Origin: Bdellovibrionales bacterium
GTDB taxonomy: Bacteria > Bdellovibrionota > Bdellovibrionia > Bdellovibrionales > UBA1609
Direction of reading: 5' to 3'
DNA length: 64,000 nucleotides
Assembly: GCA_965219095.1 (NCBI GenBank)
Contig: CBDCMT010000001.1
Location: 928,001 to 992,000 of the forward strand
The position numbers were made by a program, and so were the translations under genes. Shown in pieces: positions 63,610 through 64,000 of the stretch (positions are counted from its first letter, which is position 1; each line of letters opens with the position of its first letter). The notes below the pieces were generated by a model. That model saw only the letters and a program-made list of their open reading frames with translations, made no database searches and was not told where the DNA came from.

Positions 63610-64000
63610 CCTAAACTCGTGACTAAAAATGTACACTACAAAGCTATAATTTCCTATTTTCCATAAAAATCTCAGTTTTCATAGGGGAATTTTCGATTTT
63701 TAGATAAAATCACAAAAAATAACTTGCCTTGCATTTTCCTTTGTAGTGTAATATATTACACTACATGAGGGAGAAATATGAGCTTTATCAGAAGAATAAA
63801 AAGAGGAAAGGTAACATATCTTGCAGAAGTAGAGAACAAAAGGGTCGATGGAAAAGTTATCCAAAAGCATATTCGGTACATCGGGAAGGAAGAGAATGGT
63901 GAAACTGTAATTTCAATGAGTTCATCTGATCTTGAAATAAAAAAGGTCAAGGTTTATGGTCCTTTGCTTGTTTTAGATAAAATAGCTAGAGAAATAGATT
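63610..64000 (+). mobile_element. IS1634-family element, left part (transposase from 63778)
   Basis: CCTAAACTCG left end; MSFIRRIKRGKVTYLAEVEN...YGPLL homologous to the 46621 N-terminus. Confidence 0.88.

Overview
Low-GC bacterial chromosome segment, most consistent with a Bdellovibrionota-like lineage (inferred from the fliL-fliO-fliPQR-flhBAF-fliA order, the DUF507-like pair and many Cys-rich secreted proteins). About 1-30.8 kb is mostly core genome: an Fe3+ ABC transporter, a stand-alone rpsD, rnpB, RNase HI, ptrB, a reduced flagellar export operon, uvrD and PBP1B. About 30.8-53.3 kb and 60.8-64 kb are dense with intact and broken IS elements (IS1634 x6, ISL3, IS256, IS630, IS3, IS66, IS5-like; an IS982 relic lies at 13.3 kb). 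These bury the remains of accessory and defence-like genes. gspDC, lepB, metK and lepA lie at 53.4-60.8 kb. Main highlights: (i) a translationally coupled pair of a secreted peptide ending CYTPHCGCWLG and a ferritin-like di-iron protein, next to an intradiol dioxygenase and a wrecked LysR, which is a candidate new peptide-modification or metal system; (ii) a flagellar export gate kept as open ORFs but lacking fliM/fliN/flhG here, the FlhB switch domain, the FlhA C-terminus and FlhF GTPase motifs; (iii) a secreted NTase-like plus ART-like effector pseudogene; (iv) unusual mobile-DNA structures (202-bp target duplication, 48-bp ISL3 MITE, 103-bp IS3 foldback). All family calls come from motif recognition by eye; no searches were run.
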